Of a stretch of DNA of 64,000 nt, positions 36,674 through 49,406 are shown piece after piece. A program made the translations under genes and the position numbers. Each line of letters starts with the position of its first letter. Within the stretch, counting starts at the first letter, position 1. The notes under the pieces were generated by a model. The model ran no database searches, had not been told where the DNA came from, and saw only the letters and a program-made list of their open reading frames with translations. This DNA is from Atractiella rhizophila (taxonomy: Eukaryota): positions 1-64,000 of the forward strand of contig MU271424.1 of the NCBI GenBank assembly GCA_021432655.1, read 5' to 3'.

Positions 36674-37965
36674 AGATTAGACTACTATGAACGGATTATA
36701 CGTGCTGTGCTTGCAGTTATGGGTGTACCCGTTGACAGGTTGGAATTTGTGAAGGGGTCGAGCTACCAATACTCTGAAGCTTACTCAAGAGATAAATTCC
36801 GGTACGTCATCTATCTGAAGAAAGGGTAGTGGAATAATGCGTGATGGCCAAAGGATGTGCGCGATCACCACTTCACACGATGCCTTGAGGGCTGGAGCAG
36901 AGGTCGTCAAGCAGGTTCAGAGCCCACTTCTCAGTGGATTATTGTACCCTCTACTACAAGCGTTAGATGAAGAGTATCTAAAAGTTGATATTCAGTTTGG
37001 TGGTGTGGATCAGGTACGTTATTGATCAATTTAGTTTGTCGCTCTCCTTTGTTGTCAGGGAAGACATGCAAAAGTGCAGGTCATAATCACATCTGTCTGA
37101 TCAAGAGAAATGCGCACTATATGCATGATATATCGTAGATCAGAGCACAGAGTTGGCACTTTCTCAACGCCTGCAATCGAAGGAAACAGATCCTGCCTTT
37201 TTGCAACATGATTATTGACAATACGACACGAATTGTAATCTGATCATCTTCTTCCAGCGTAAAATCTTTACTTTCGCCATGGACGCTCTCCCCAAAATCG
37301 GTTATCAGCGCCGCATACACCTGATGAACGCGATGGTTCCTTCCATGACGGCCGGTGGCAAGATGTCATCCTCCGATCCAAATTCCAAGATCGACTTCCT
37401 AGATTCCCCAGCGGCAGTGAAGAAGAAGATCAAGAGTGCCTACGCCGCACCTGGCGAAGTGGAGGGCAACGGTGTCCTCGCTTTCTGCAAAGCAGTCATC
37501 TTCCCCATCGGCGAGCTTAAGGTACACGGCATCAAGGGCGTGATGGAGAAGAAGGGAACGTGGGAAGCTGTCGCTGACGGTGCGCCGGAAGGGACGATTT
37601 TCTCTATCCGTAGAGAGGAGAAGTACGGAGGGAATGTTCATTACTCGAAATATGAAGATCTGGAGGCCGACTATGCCTCTCAAAAAGTTTTCCCTGCCGA
37701 TCTCAAGGCTGGAGTTCTAGATGTTATCCTCGCTCTTATAAAACCGATACAGGAAGCATTTGAAGCTGACGAGGCGTGGAAGAAGGTGGAGAGGGCGGCG
37801 TATGGAGGAGGAGAGGAGGAGAAGCAAGTGAAGAAGAAGGAGAAGAAGTACGCGCCAAAGCCGGAGTGGGTGTTGGAGAAGGAGAAGAAGGAGAAAGAGG
37901 AGCAGTTGAAGAAGGAGACGGAACAGAAGGGGGACGGTCAGGTGCCTCAACCCCCAGAGTCTTAA
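36336..37965 (+). CDS. TYS1: Cytosolic-type tyrosyl-tRNA synthetase
   Basis: [14 protein letters not shown] (HIGH-like), [29 protein letters not shown]. Confidence 0.97.
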
Positions 37966-38184
37966 ACGTTTTCTTCCTATTTCGGTCGTGGAGGTGGTGT
38001 GATGGGATGGGTGAGAAGAATGAGTGTTGTACACTTTAATAAAAGTTCCATATTACAGGGAATAGAATATCCATCAACCATGTGTATGTATAACTTGAAC
38101 GAGTCTAGAACGAGAAACACTTCTCAAAGCAAGAACAAATCAAGAAGCTAGCCATGCTCAGCCCTTGGGCTGACAACTCTAAGC

Positions 38185-40067
38185 CTACCGATGCTGTGTT
38201 GGATCTACCTTGACATAGTCTGCCTGTATATCACCCTCCTTCTTCACACTCTCATACACACCACCAAGTATACCCAACGCAACAGCTTTCATTGTCCTCT
38301 TCTCCTGATCTCCAGTAGCAAGAATGCGATCGCACACCTCCCTCACCACGCTCTCCACTTCAAGTTTGGCTCCTTTGAAAAGCGCCTGCATCCCCTTCGT
38401 TGCCGCCTTCTCCTCCAGTTCTCTCTTCTTCTCCTCAGTCAAGTTTCCCTCTTTCTCTGCTTTCTCGAGCTCCGTGAATATGTCTTTCAGCTCGTAAGCT
38501 GATCGTAAGGTGGAGACCGTCTCGCTGAAGACATGTGCTGTTGATTTGGCCGAATGGAACCAGCCGGCTGCGAATCCGAAGACTGGACCGGCAGATGCGA
38601 GATAGTGCCTTCGTCGACGCACATCTTATCAGCACATGGCGGAGAAGGAGGGGTGATCAGAGAGTAGTGAGGAGGAAGCGTACCGCGATTTACTGCTATA
38701 AACAAAGCCGACAGTCTGCAAAAGCTCCACTCCATAACTCTCCGTCTTCAACTCCTCCGTCTCAATCGTCCAAATAGCTCTCACACTCTTCGCCACATCC
38801 GGATCCTCAACCTCAACGTAATCGGCTTGCTCAGTATAAAGCTCCAACTTCCTCTCCAACTTCTCCGCCAGTTTATCCACTCTCTCCTTCCGAATCTTTG
38901 CGCGTTCAGCAGCGACAGCATCTTCCTTCTCCTTCTTCCGCCGCTTCTTTTCCTCAAGTTTCGCTTTCGCGACGTTGAGATCTTCGGTCGTCTTCGCATC
39001 TGAGATAGCTTTGGATACGTCAAAGTCGGGGTCCTCGTCCTCGTCTTGCATCACGGTTTTCATGTCTTGCCCAAGGGAAATCGTGCCGATTATATCTGCG
39101 AAACGCTCGCCACCGAAAAGCCTCACCAATGTCAATCAGCAACGGTAAAGCGTGAAAGAAACAGAAGGAAACACACTGTGAAAATAGCGCTTCGGGGTCC
39201 ACCATACCTTCCTCCAGCTCAGCCCCTTTCGGCCCAAACTCATTATACTTCTTCCTTAACGTCGGATCTGAAAGCGTTTGGTATGCGATGGCAAGCTGGA
39301 TAATTCAATGAGGGACTCCTGTGAGGATGAAGGGAAAGGGGATAAGAAAAACACACCGTCTTGAATTTCTCATCTGCCCCTGGGTCGCCTAGATTCTTGT
39401 CAGGGTGGAGTTTGATCGCCTGCGCAGAGTGAGAATGTCAATTGAGACGGCTTGGCGATAGACGCAACCTACCAGCCGCCGATAAGCAGACTTGATCTCG
39501 TCCTGAGTAGCTTGTGGAGAGACGTTCAATATCTCGCTATGCAAAGAATAGATTTAGCTTTACTCTATGCCAAAGGAGGCATCAAAGGCATACTAATATG
39601 TTGTGTCTAATGGCTTTTCCGCTACGGCCCACGGTATCATTCTTCAACCTTCAGGTTGAAGAAATAGAGAACGTACAAGTGCCAATTCTCCCCTTCTTCT
39701 TCTCTCCGCCCAGTCCTCCATTTGAGCTCGCTGTCTTCTTCTTCTCTCCGAATGGAACACCTTCAAATATCTTTTCGCACTTCACATTCCCACACTTGAT
39801 CCTATATTCTGCTCCCTCTCCCAACGTAAGGGGTTTCTGATACTCCAACTCAGTCCTACAGTGGGGACATGACACTGAAACGGGGTTGGCTAGTCGGATT
39901 CGTGACTGATATAAAGGAGAATGTTTCTTGGACATTTCCTCTTGCTCGAAGCTGGACGAACTTGGAAAAGAGGACACTGGGAATCGTGAGAATGGTCGAT
40001 TGTGGCTGTGGTGGGGAAGAGAGCGAGAAAGGGTGCGATGGAGTGGTCGTATTCGTGGGCGGATCAT
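38185..40067 (-). CDS. J-domain protein with DnaJ-X domain (Djp1/Caj1-like) and N-terminal Cys motif
   Basis: IKSAYRR..AIKLHPDKN..LAIAYQTLSDPTLRKKY..LFGGERFADIIG..ELKTESYGVELL..GAKLEVESVVREVCD; CPHC/CGNVKC upstream. Confidence 0.9.
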
Positions 40068-40127
40068 CGTGGTAGAAGTTCACCTGAAAAACGACCACGA
40101 CACCAACTCTACACCTTCCTAATCAGC

Positions 40128-40991
40128 ATGTTGGGCACAATACTCCTAGCTGCCTCAGCCTTCCTCGCTCAGAACGCGGTAGTGGACGCTTCTGCCCTTA
40201 CGACGACCATTCCGGCCCACGAAAGAACTTGCTTTTATGCCTGGGTTGACAAGCCAGGGGAGAAGGTGGGATTCCCTCCTCGCTGTTTATGTCGTTTCAA
40301 TGCTCATGCAACGCAATCTGTAGGTCGGCTTCTACTTCGCTGTCCAGTCTGGCGGCTCCTTCGACATCGACTACGTCGTCACCGATCCAAACGACACCAT
40401 CGTGCTGGAAGGCATAAAGGAGAGGCAGGGAGATTATATCTTCACTGGGCATTCGGTTGGGGAGTACTCCTTCTGCTTTTCAAACGACATGTCCTCCTTC
40501 TCCGAGAAACTCGTCGACTTCGACATCATGGTCGAATCCGAACCACGGCCTGAGGCACCAGCCAAGCCGTCCAGTTTAATCGATCACACCAGCAGTCTGG
40601 AAGAGAGCATTTATAAATTGAGCGGTAGTCTCAGTAGTATCCAGAGGACGCAAAAGTATTTCAGGTCCGTCTTGCCTCTTTCTTTCACATTGGGTTGGAT
40701 GAGAAGTTGACGATACTTTGCGTTGTGTTTCCCTTGTCATGCCTACTGCGTATTAATTAGGACTCGAGAAAACCGAAACGTATCCACAGTGTCAAGCACG
40801 CGCAATCGAATATTCTGGTTCTCCGTCTCAGAAATCGCAATGATGGTCGCCATGTCCTCCTTCCAAGTCTGGGTCGTAAGGAAGTTCTTTAATGCCGTGC
40901 GTCTTTCCCTCCCTTCCCTCCCTTCATCCATGTACGAGCAGCATGTTCATATGTATGTGGTCGATAGCCGTCAAAACGGCCAAGGGTTTGA
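40128..40991 (+). CDS. p24/emp24/gp25L (GOLD) cargo receptor, copy 1
   Basis: Signal peptide; PAHERTCFY, FYFAVQSGGSFDID, GEYSFCFSN, YFRTRENRN, TM, FF..KRPRV*. Confidence 0.93.
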
Positions 40992-41756
40992 TGTGCCTAT
41001 TCGTTTCGAGATTGTGCATGGATACGGACTGGTTCCTAATGCATCTATTTGCTTCCATTTCATTCCTTCGCATCCTCGATGTCGCACAAAATTCGATAAC
41101 AATTGGGTCATTAAAGGCCAGGGTTACTTTGCAGTCTACAGGGAATGCTTGATTATTCGAGATGGGAAACATGAAGCGGAGCTAGGAAATTGGCTGCGAA
41201 ACAATATTGAAGATTGGAAATGAGATGCTAACGGCTGCAAATGAAGATGCTATCTAATCAATGAGACCATGGTTTTGAAGATATGGAAAGGAGACAAGAC
41301 TCAAACACAAATACAACATTCTATCTATCAGAGTCGTTTAGTTGGTCATTAGAATTTGGTATTTTGGGTTGCCGCCATTCGCATGTTATCGAAAAGTCTA
41401 CATTCTCTTTGGAGCATGCCAAGTCTTTGCAGACAGTGAAAAGGGACTGCGAGACTTGAACGTGGATTTGGAGTTGGAGTTTGGAGCCAAAGTACCAAGA
41501 GATGGAGTTTTGGATTGTAGTTGAGGCTGAGGCTGGAGTGTGGTGGTGTGGAGTGCATTGGATGAAAGAGGGTTGAGGGCGTTACTTAACAGGACCGGTC
41601 GTGTCTGGCAAACGCGAAGAATGAGCGACAGCACTATAGACTTTGTCACAACTTACATGGAGGGATGACCGTCTTCCTCTGGCTGGAATTGTTCGAACTT
41701 GTGTGGGTTGAGATTCAAAGGCGTCTTGTTCATGCTGTGCCTGCTCAGCTACTGGA

Positions 41757-42688
41757 TCACCTGGATTGTCTCGTGGCAATGGGGAAAAAGACACACTGTG
41801 AAAATAGCGCTTCGGGGTCCACCATACCTTCCTCCAGCTCAGCCCCTTTCGGCCCAAACTCATTGTACTTCTTCCTTAACGTCGGATCTGAAAGCGTTTG
41901 GTATGCGATGGCAAGCTGGATAATTCGATGAGGGACTCCTGTGAGGATGAAGGGAAAGGGGATAAGAAAAACACACCGTCTTGAATTTCTCATCTGCCCC
42001 TGGGTCGCCTAGATTCTTGTCAGGGTGGAGTTTGATCGCCTGCACAGAGTGAGGATGTCACATTGAGACGGCTTGGCGATAGACGCAACCTACCAGCCGC
42101 CGATAAGCAGACTTGATCTCGTCCTGAGTAGCTTGTGGAGAGACGTTCAATATCTCGCTATGCAAAGAATAGATTTAGCTTTACTCTATGCCAAAGGAGG
42201 CATCAAAGGCATACTAATATGTTGTGTCTAATGGCTTTTCCGCTACGGCCCACGGTATCATTCTTCAACCTTCAGGTTGAAGAAATAGAGAACGTACAAG
42301 TGCCAATTCTCCCCTTCTTCTTCTCTCCGCCCAGTCCTCCATTTGAGCTCGCTGTCTTCTTCTTCTCTCCGAATGGAACACCTTCAAATATCTTTTCGCA
42401 CTTCACATTCCCACACTTGATCCTATATTCTGCTCCCTCTCCCAACGTAAGGGGTTTCTGATACTCCAACTCAGTCCTACAGTGGGGACATGACACTGAA
42501 ACGGGGTTGGCTAGTCGGATTCGTGACTGATATAAAGGAGAATGTTTCTTGGACATTTCCTCTTGCTCGAAGCTGGACGAACTTGGAAAAGAGGACACTG
42601 GGAATCGTGAGAATGGTCGATTGTGGCTGTGGTGGGGAAGAGAGCGAGAAAGGGTGCGATGGAGTGGTCGTATTCGTGGGCGGATCAT
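41757..42688 (-). pseudogene. Truncated DnaJ copy (N-terminus plus J-domain only) joined to the 3' part of the neighbouring gene
   Basis: Near-identical to the DnaJ 5' exons up to ...DPEALFS, then switches at the duplication junction. Confidence 0.75.
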
Positions 42689-42748
42689 CGTGGTAGAAGT
42701 TCACCTGAAAAACGACCACGACACCAACTCTACACCTTCCTAATCAGC

Positions 42749-43612
42749 ATGTTGGGCACAATACTCCTAGCTGCCTCAGCCTTCCTCGCTCAGAACGCGG
42801 TAGTGGACGCTTCTGCCCTTACGACGACCATTCCGGCCCACGAAAGAACTTGCTTTTATGCCTGGGTTGACAAGCCAGGGGAGAAGGTGGGATTCCCTCC
42901 TCGCTGTTTATGTCGTTTCAATGCTCATGCAACGCAATCTGTAGGTCGGCTTCTACTTCGCTGTCCAGTCTGGCGGCTCCTTCGACATCGACTACGTCGT
43001 CACAGATCCAAACGACACCATCGTGCTGGAAGGCATAAAGGAGAGGCAGGGAGACTATATCTTCACTGGGCATTCGGTTGGGGAGTATTCCTTCTGCTTT
43101 TCAAACGACATGTCTTCCTTCTCCGAGAAACTCGTCGACTTCGACATCATGGTCGAATCCGAACCACGGCCTGAGGCACCAGCCAAACCGTCCAGTTTAA
43201 TCGATCACACCAGCAGTCTGGAAGAGAGCATTTATAAATTGAGCGGTAGTCTCAGTAGTATCCAGAGGACGCAAAAGTATTTCAGGTCCGTCTTGCCTCT
43301 TTCTTTCACATTGGGTTGGATGAGAAGTTGACGATACTTTGCGTTGTGTTTCCCTTGTCATGCCTACTGCGTATTAATTAGGACTCGAGAAAACCGAAAC
43401 GTATCCACAGTGTCAAGCACGCGCAATCGAATATTCTGGTTCTCCGTCTCAGAAATCGCAATGATGGTCGCCATGTCCTCCTTCCAAGTCTGGGTCGTAA
43501 GGAAGTTCTTTAATGCCGTGCGTCTTTCCCTCCCTTCCCTCCCTTCATCCATGTACGAGCAGCATGTTCATATGTATGTGGTTGACAGCCGTCAAAACGG
43601 CCAAGGGTTTGA
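42749..43612 (+). CDS. p24/emp24/gp25L cargo receptor, copy 2
   Basis: Same protein as copy 1; the exon differences seen are synonymous. Confidence 0.9.
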
Positions 43613-44021
43613 TGTGCCTATTTGTCTCGAGATTGTGCATGGATACGGACTGGTTCCTAATGCATCTATTTGCTTCCATTTCATTCCTTCGCTTCCTCGA
43701 CGTCGCACAAATTCGATAGCAGTTAGGTCATTAAAGACCAGGGTTACTTTGCAGTCTACACGGAATGCTTGATTATTCGAGATGGGATACATGAAGCGGA
43801 GCTAGGAAATTGGCTGCGAAACAACATTGAAGATTGGAAATGAGATGCTAACGGCTGCAAATGAAGATGCTATCTAATCAATGAGACCATGGTTTTGAAG
43901 ATATGGAAAGGAGACAAGACTCAAACACAAATACAACATTCTATCTATCAGAGTCGTTTAGTTGGTCATTAGAATTTGGTATTTTGGGTTGCCGTCAATC
44001 GCATGCTATCCTATCGAAAGT

Positions 44022-45140
44022 CTACATTCTCTTTGGAGCATGCCAAGTCTTTGCAGACAGTGAAAAAGGACTGCGAGACTTGAACGTGGATTTGGAGTTG
44101 GAGTTGGGAGCCAGATTACCAAGAGATGGAGTTTTGGGTTGTAGTTGAGGCTGAGGCTGGAGTGTGGCGGTGTGGAGTGCATTGGATGAAAGAGGGTTGA
44201 GTGCGTTACTTAACAGGACGGGTCGTGTCTAGCAAACGCGAAGAATGAGCCAAAGCACCATAGACTTTGTCAAACTTACATGGACGGATGACCGTCTTTC
44301 TCTGGCTGGAATTGTTCGAACTTGTGTGGGTTGAGATTCAAAGACGTTTTGTTCGTGTTGTGCCTGGCCAGCTGGCGCGTCACCTTGAGTTGTCTTGTGG
44401 AAATGAGGGAAACTCGCCTTCATCGACGCGTTCCGTTCTCTTGCTGTTGCTGACTTTAATAGTTCGATTTTTCTTTTCCTATCTGCTGCATCTTTCGCGA
44501 TCTTGAACAGATATGAGCAAGATAAGCTATTGAGAGGTGTAGAAATGTAGCGAACCTGTTGTTCCAGTAGCCTTATATGTTCTTTTCTCTTCGCAATTTC
44601 TATTTCCAACCTTTCTGTCACATTCTCTTCCTCCTTGGTCACTGTTTCTTCCTCTTCTTCCATTTCCAAACTCTCTTTCACATTCCCTTCCTCCTTGGTC
44701 ACTGTCTCTTCTTCTTCTTCCATTTCCAAACTCTCTGCCGCATTCTCTTCCTCATTGATCACTGCCTCCTCCTGTTCTCCCATCCCTTGCGTCCGTTTCT
44801 CCTCCTCAATCTCCTTTCTCAATTGATCCAATATCTCCTCCTGCTCTCGGTGTTGCTCCATCAACCGCAGGATAATGCTTTCATCTAGTGCCTGTGCTTG
44901 TGCAGCTGTGGAATACCTCCTCTTCAAAATAGATTGTGGCGGCGCCAGATCGCGATGTTGTGGGCTTGAATTCGCCGATGGCAGCGGCGAAGGAGAGTGA
45001 ACAACCCGACTTGAAGCAGAGGAAGTAGAGGAAGCAGAGGCTGAAATCGCTGGTGAGGAGGGGAAGTTTCGAGGAACTTTGATGTGGAGTGAAAAAGCAC
45101 TTTTTGGTTGACGATGGCGTTGCTGATTGTGCAGTGACAT
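44022..45140 (-). CDS. Hypothetical Glu-rich coiled-coil protein with internal 60-nt repeats
   Basis: Long ORF with repeated ESLEMEEEEETVTKEE; last exon TRPVLLSNALNP...KRM*. Confidence 0.6.
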
Positions 45141-45796
45141 TTTTTGTGCGTTGAAGGAGACGGTGCAGGACAATCCAGTCGTGATTTTCTCTTGAAGCGA
45201 TGGTGGATGGCTAAAGAGGAGCAAGCTTGTTATTTACCCTTGTCGCTCGCATCAAGCCTTCGCGACCGTACGTACCTTGTTGCTGCAATATCAAAGGGAC
45301 AAGCCTTGTCGCTTGCAATTTTAAGATATCGGTTGTAGGCTCAATCCATAATAGGGGACGCTGCCTTAAGATTTGTGAATGTTGTGGGTACGTTGACATC
45401 AAAGAAACCCGGCACCTTGAACGTTGAACGTTGAATATGAGCATTTTAGATCTTCTGTTGGTGTAACCAATGCTTTGACATTGAAGTTTATTGAAGGAAG
45501 CTCAGACATGTTCATTGCTACGTGTGCGTGTGATTCGTTGTGTTCATGCTACAAACTAGAGTCACAACTTAAAATCATGGGGTCATGATTAAAAGGAAAA
45601 TATGAAAATGAAAGGATGTCGTAAAGCAAGAGATCACATCGATGGCATGATACTGTACAATTTGATGGACGATTGAGATTTTGAATCGCAAAGACCAAAT
45701 ACAGGAAAGACGAAGCTGAAAGTATTTACTTGAAAAAACTATTGATCAGCGTGTGGTCACACCGAAAGGTCGAAAAAACATGGTTCGCGTTGGTCG

Positions 45797-47115
45797 TTAC
45801 CACCGCCTTCCGGGTTTGACTCTCCTTTTCCAAGGGCCTAAAGCGTCCCAGCCAGTTTCCATTCTGGAACCATCTGGCATAGGAGTAATTTCGTGAAAAG
45901 TCAGAGGATCGTCAGGTCCATTCGGGAACCTTCAGTAAAGGGAGCTACAACAATCAGTCGACATCCCTCTTTTGAAAAATCACATGGAAACATACCTCAA
46001 TTCTCTCCCTCCTGATAAGTACATCGTTGAATCAAGTCCATATCCTGATATGGAGGGATTATAATGGCTGTAGGGATTTCGCGCTCGATCGAGAAGCATG
46101 GGGTTGTAACGATGTCGAGATCCAAGCAGGCTGTCGTCGCGATACAGACTAGATTCGTAGAGAGGATGAAGAACTCCATGTTGGAGGGAAGCGCGACGAG
46201 CGCGGTCCAAAGTATCGCCCAAAAGCTCATCCTCCAAATCGTATCTTCGACGCTGTGAATCCATATACGGATCAATTCTCGAGAGATAAGGGTCTCGTAA
46301 ACCGAGGTAAGGGTCTCGTCTCAGACCCTAGATGTTTATTTAATTCTGGTTCTCAAGCTGAAAAATGACGTACAAGTGGTGGGTGAAGCAGCGTATCGTA
46401 GCCAATGGCTCGCGCTTTCATGTTCTATTTCCTATCAGCAAACGGACTTGCAGAATAGTTCCTGAAGTGCTCACCCTGGCAAGAGTTAAACTCTCCAGAG
46501 TATCTGCCAGTCTGTTCATCTCATGTCGATCTGCTCTCTGAGACACCGTCAGACTTTTACTCCGGAAAGAAGGAGGATGTTACGCGCACCCGTTCTCGTC
46601 GTCTCTCATAGTACTCTTCGTCCTAATCGCAGAAGAGAATTAGAATGTTAGCTTGTGAGAGAACAGAACAGATTACGTACTCGTTCCATCTCTCTTCTGT
46701 GTCTTTCGCTCAGGTGCCTCTCATGTTGCCTCTCTTCGTGTCGCTCCAGTTGATTAGACAACCTGTGCAAACCATGTTCGAGACGATCCACCTTGTGATT
46801 GAGGTACGGATCGGTACTTCCACCATCGTGAAATGCTGAGCCCCAGGTGCCATATTGAGGAAGGGATTGGGGGAAACCGACTTGTCCCCCCAAGCCAGTG
46901 GCAAAGTTCCTTCTACCAGGTAAAGTGTTGAAATTATCGCGGTACGGAGCCAGCTGTCGAGTTGAGTTCAAAGAGTTCAACCCGAGTTGTTGGTTTCGGA
47001 ATGGGACCATTGAATTTTCATGGCCTTGGTTGTATCCAAATGCATCATCCTCAAACTCGTCATTATCCAAGTCCCGATCCCGAAAACGAGACTGAAAACG
47101 ATTTGCGAAAGCCAT
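45797..47115 (-). CDS. Hypothetical low-complexity (Arg/Asp/Tyr-rich) multi-exon protein
   Basis: ORFs 46648-47124 and 45980-46264 plus a last exon ...WKRRVKPGRRW*, linked by GT-AG introns. Confidence 0.6.
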
Positions 47116-48088
47116 GGTTCCCACAGGATCTCAGGATTTGGACAAAAACGGCGTGCTTTCCTCAAGCATTCTCCACTTTCCTCTTACATATTTATGGCGA
47201 GAAGGCGTTGGACCTACAGTAGCTCCCAGATAACAGAGCTTAGAGTTCGAGGGAACGGAAGCGACAAGGTGTTTGGGCACTTGCACACAATGAAAACCAA
47301 ACCCAACCAACAACCACCGCCGTCATCGTCATTGCCAATTCAATCCAATTCAGTCCGGCTATCGCCCGGCCTGGGCAGATCGAAGAGAAGCGTCATGCTT
47401 CACCGTACGCGGTATCATCTCAGTTACACTTGGAACTTGTTCGCCTCGTCTCTCCCCGCCATCGACACATCTGCGGACAAAGTTGACTCTTGTGTCTGAA
47501 CCCTGCTCTAATGATCACTATCAGCGGTAAGTTCAACGATGTCCAGGCAATTCGTCCTTCGGCTGTGAATTGGAGCCAATCATTTGTCGACCTCGTGCCT
47601 TCATAACTTGCACATTCTCTGTCATTGAGTAGCGAACCTCTTTATTGCAAGACAACATTCTGTCATCATTCGTATCATCGTTTTGTGTATCATTGAGCTA
47701 TCAGGCTATCTCTCATTAAGCACAGCGCCAATCAGAAGTAAGTGCATGCCGAAAAGCAAGGTGCGCAGTTTGCTCAGCTGAGGCATTTCTACGATGAGTG
47801 CCTACAACGCCTTGCGAGGATCGGAATGAGTTAGATCTTTTAAGGAATGTGGACCCTCAATCTGTCATGGATGGGCACATCAAGCTGCTCCACTAGAATA
47901 CAATGAATGTGGGTGAGATATTTTCGCCCTTTTGACGCGCTGGCCAGCTGTCGAGCTTTTGAATCGAGAGGATGCTGCCCAGATCCTTATCGGAAAATTG
48001 GCGAACTTGGAAAGGTGCAGTATGAAGGAGTGGTACGACAAACTTGGAATGGATCCCGACGATTGATCGTGGTTCATTTCTGCTAATA

Positions 48089-49096
48089 TCATGACGATGG
48101 ATTACGATCGCAACGCGTCAATTTCCATCCATGCACTACTTCTCGGATCTCCTTCTCCTTCCTCCATTTTTCATCATCCTCCGGGAATGCGACTCCCCTC
48201 TTCTCTTCAATCACTCGTGTTACGTCCCATCCCGCTTCTTCGGCTAGTTTAAGGAAATTTAAATCTTGCTGCACAAGATGCGGCCGATGATGGGAGAAGA
48301 AACAGAGAACTCCGCTTTCTGAATGGGACAGGGAATCTAGCGACGCAAGAAGTGCTTGGTGCTGTACACTTTGTTATTCATCCGTCCAGGACGTGAGAGC
48401 GGAAGGACCTGCCTGGCTGTGATTAAAAACCAAGTCCGACAATAACAAGAGATCGAACGAAGTAGCGGGAAAGTCCCGGGGTGGCCGTCCCCAAACAAAC
48501 CCCTGCTCATTCCAGTTATCAAGACCGTCGTTTCTAAAGCGGTCACCGTACCTTCGCTACTATTCTCCTTTTCTCTTCAGGAGAAAGATTTCCTTCAATG
48601 TTCTCTTCTAAATTCTTGATCAGAGGAGCATCTGGATAATCCGTCACTATGACCTAGTTAAACTGTCCGTATCATGATTAATACGTGCAAAAAGAACACG
48701 AACCAACCCTGCCCCTTCTTTACAAGCGATCAGGCTAGGCAAACCACCTCCGGCTCCAAATTCAATGACCTTTTTGTTCCTCACAAGCTCGGGATTTGAT
48801 TCGAGATATCGAGCAAGCGAAATCGATGCAGGATAGAGAACGTGACCTAATACTGAATAAGTTGAATTTCATCTCTCTGCTTCAAGGGACTCGCCCCAAA
48901 GTGGATGGGCGGATGGAAGAGATATTGTCAACTCTTGGCCGTTGGAGCACTGATAGCGCACGGGCGTCGGCCGCGGAGCCTGTAGAACTGGATTAGAGGT
49001 TTCTTGGATTCGTAAGAGCTCAGGTAGATACAGTACCTCTGGCTCAGGGGAAGGAGATCCTCCAAAAATGTTGTGCACTTCGATTTCGTCTTCCAT
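48089..49096 (-). CDS. EFM7: Protein N-methyltransferase Efm7/Nnt1 (Methyltransf_16)
   Basis: HPLWG, VIEFGAGGGLPSL, VTDYPD, FVWG, SDLVFNHSQ|H, FFSHHRP. Confidence 0.88.
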
Positions 49097-49406
49097 TTGT
49101 GTTTCCGTGTTTCCGTGTCCAACAAAGTTTACAAAGAAGGTTTCTATGTGTGGCGAGAAGAGAAGATAAGCAATCGACGAAGACATGACGTCCACATCCA
49201 TTTTCATTTTGCCATTCAGCCATTCAGCTCTTTTGATGAGACTCGACGTGGTCAGCGATGTAGTGCTTCCAGAAAATCATCGCACGAGCATTGCACCAAA
49301 TCCCACTCCGCAACTTCCAGCCATACCTTGTGTGTGTGTGACTGCTCGAAAGGTTGAATACACGTAGTTGAAGCTCTACTCACTGTGTCGCGTGATTCCG
49401 AACAAA

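Larger units (their letters stand above)
39171..44412. repeat. Tandem duplication, period ~2621 bp (copies ~39171-41790 and ~41791-44412)
   Basis: Near-identical ORFs offset by 2621 (e.g. 39514 vs 42135). Junction ggggaaaaag|acacactgtg. Confidence 0.97.

Noticed and set aside
37097..37143. Hairpin-ribozyme loop B-like agagaaa...gatatatc
   Set aside because: No AGAA/NGUC loop A in the right register and the loop B consensus is incomplete.
48466..48482. gggaaagtcccggg resembling RNase MRP CR-I
   Set aside because: It lies in an EFM7 coding exon on the minus strand (RDFPAT).
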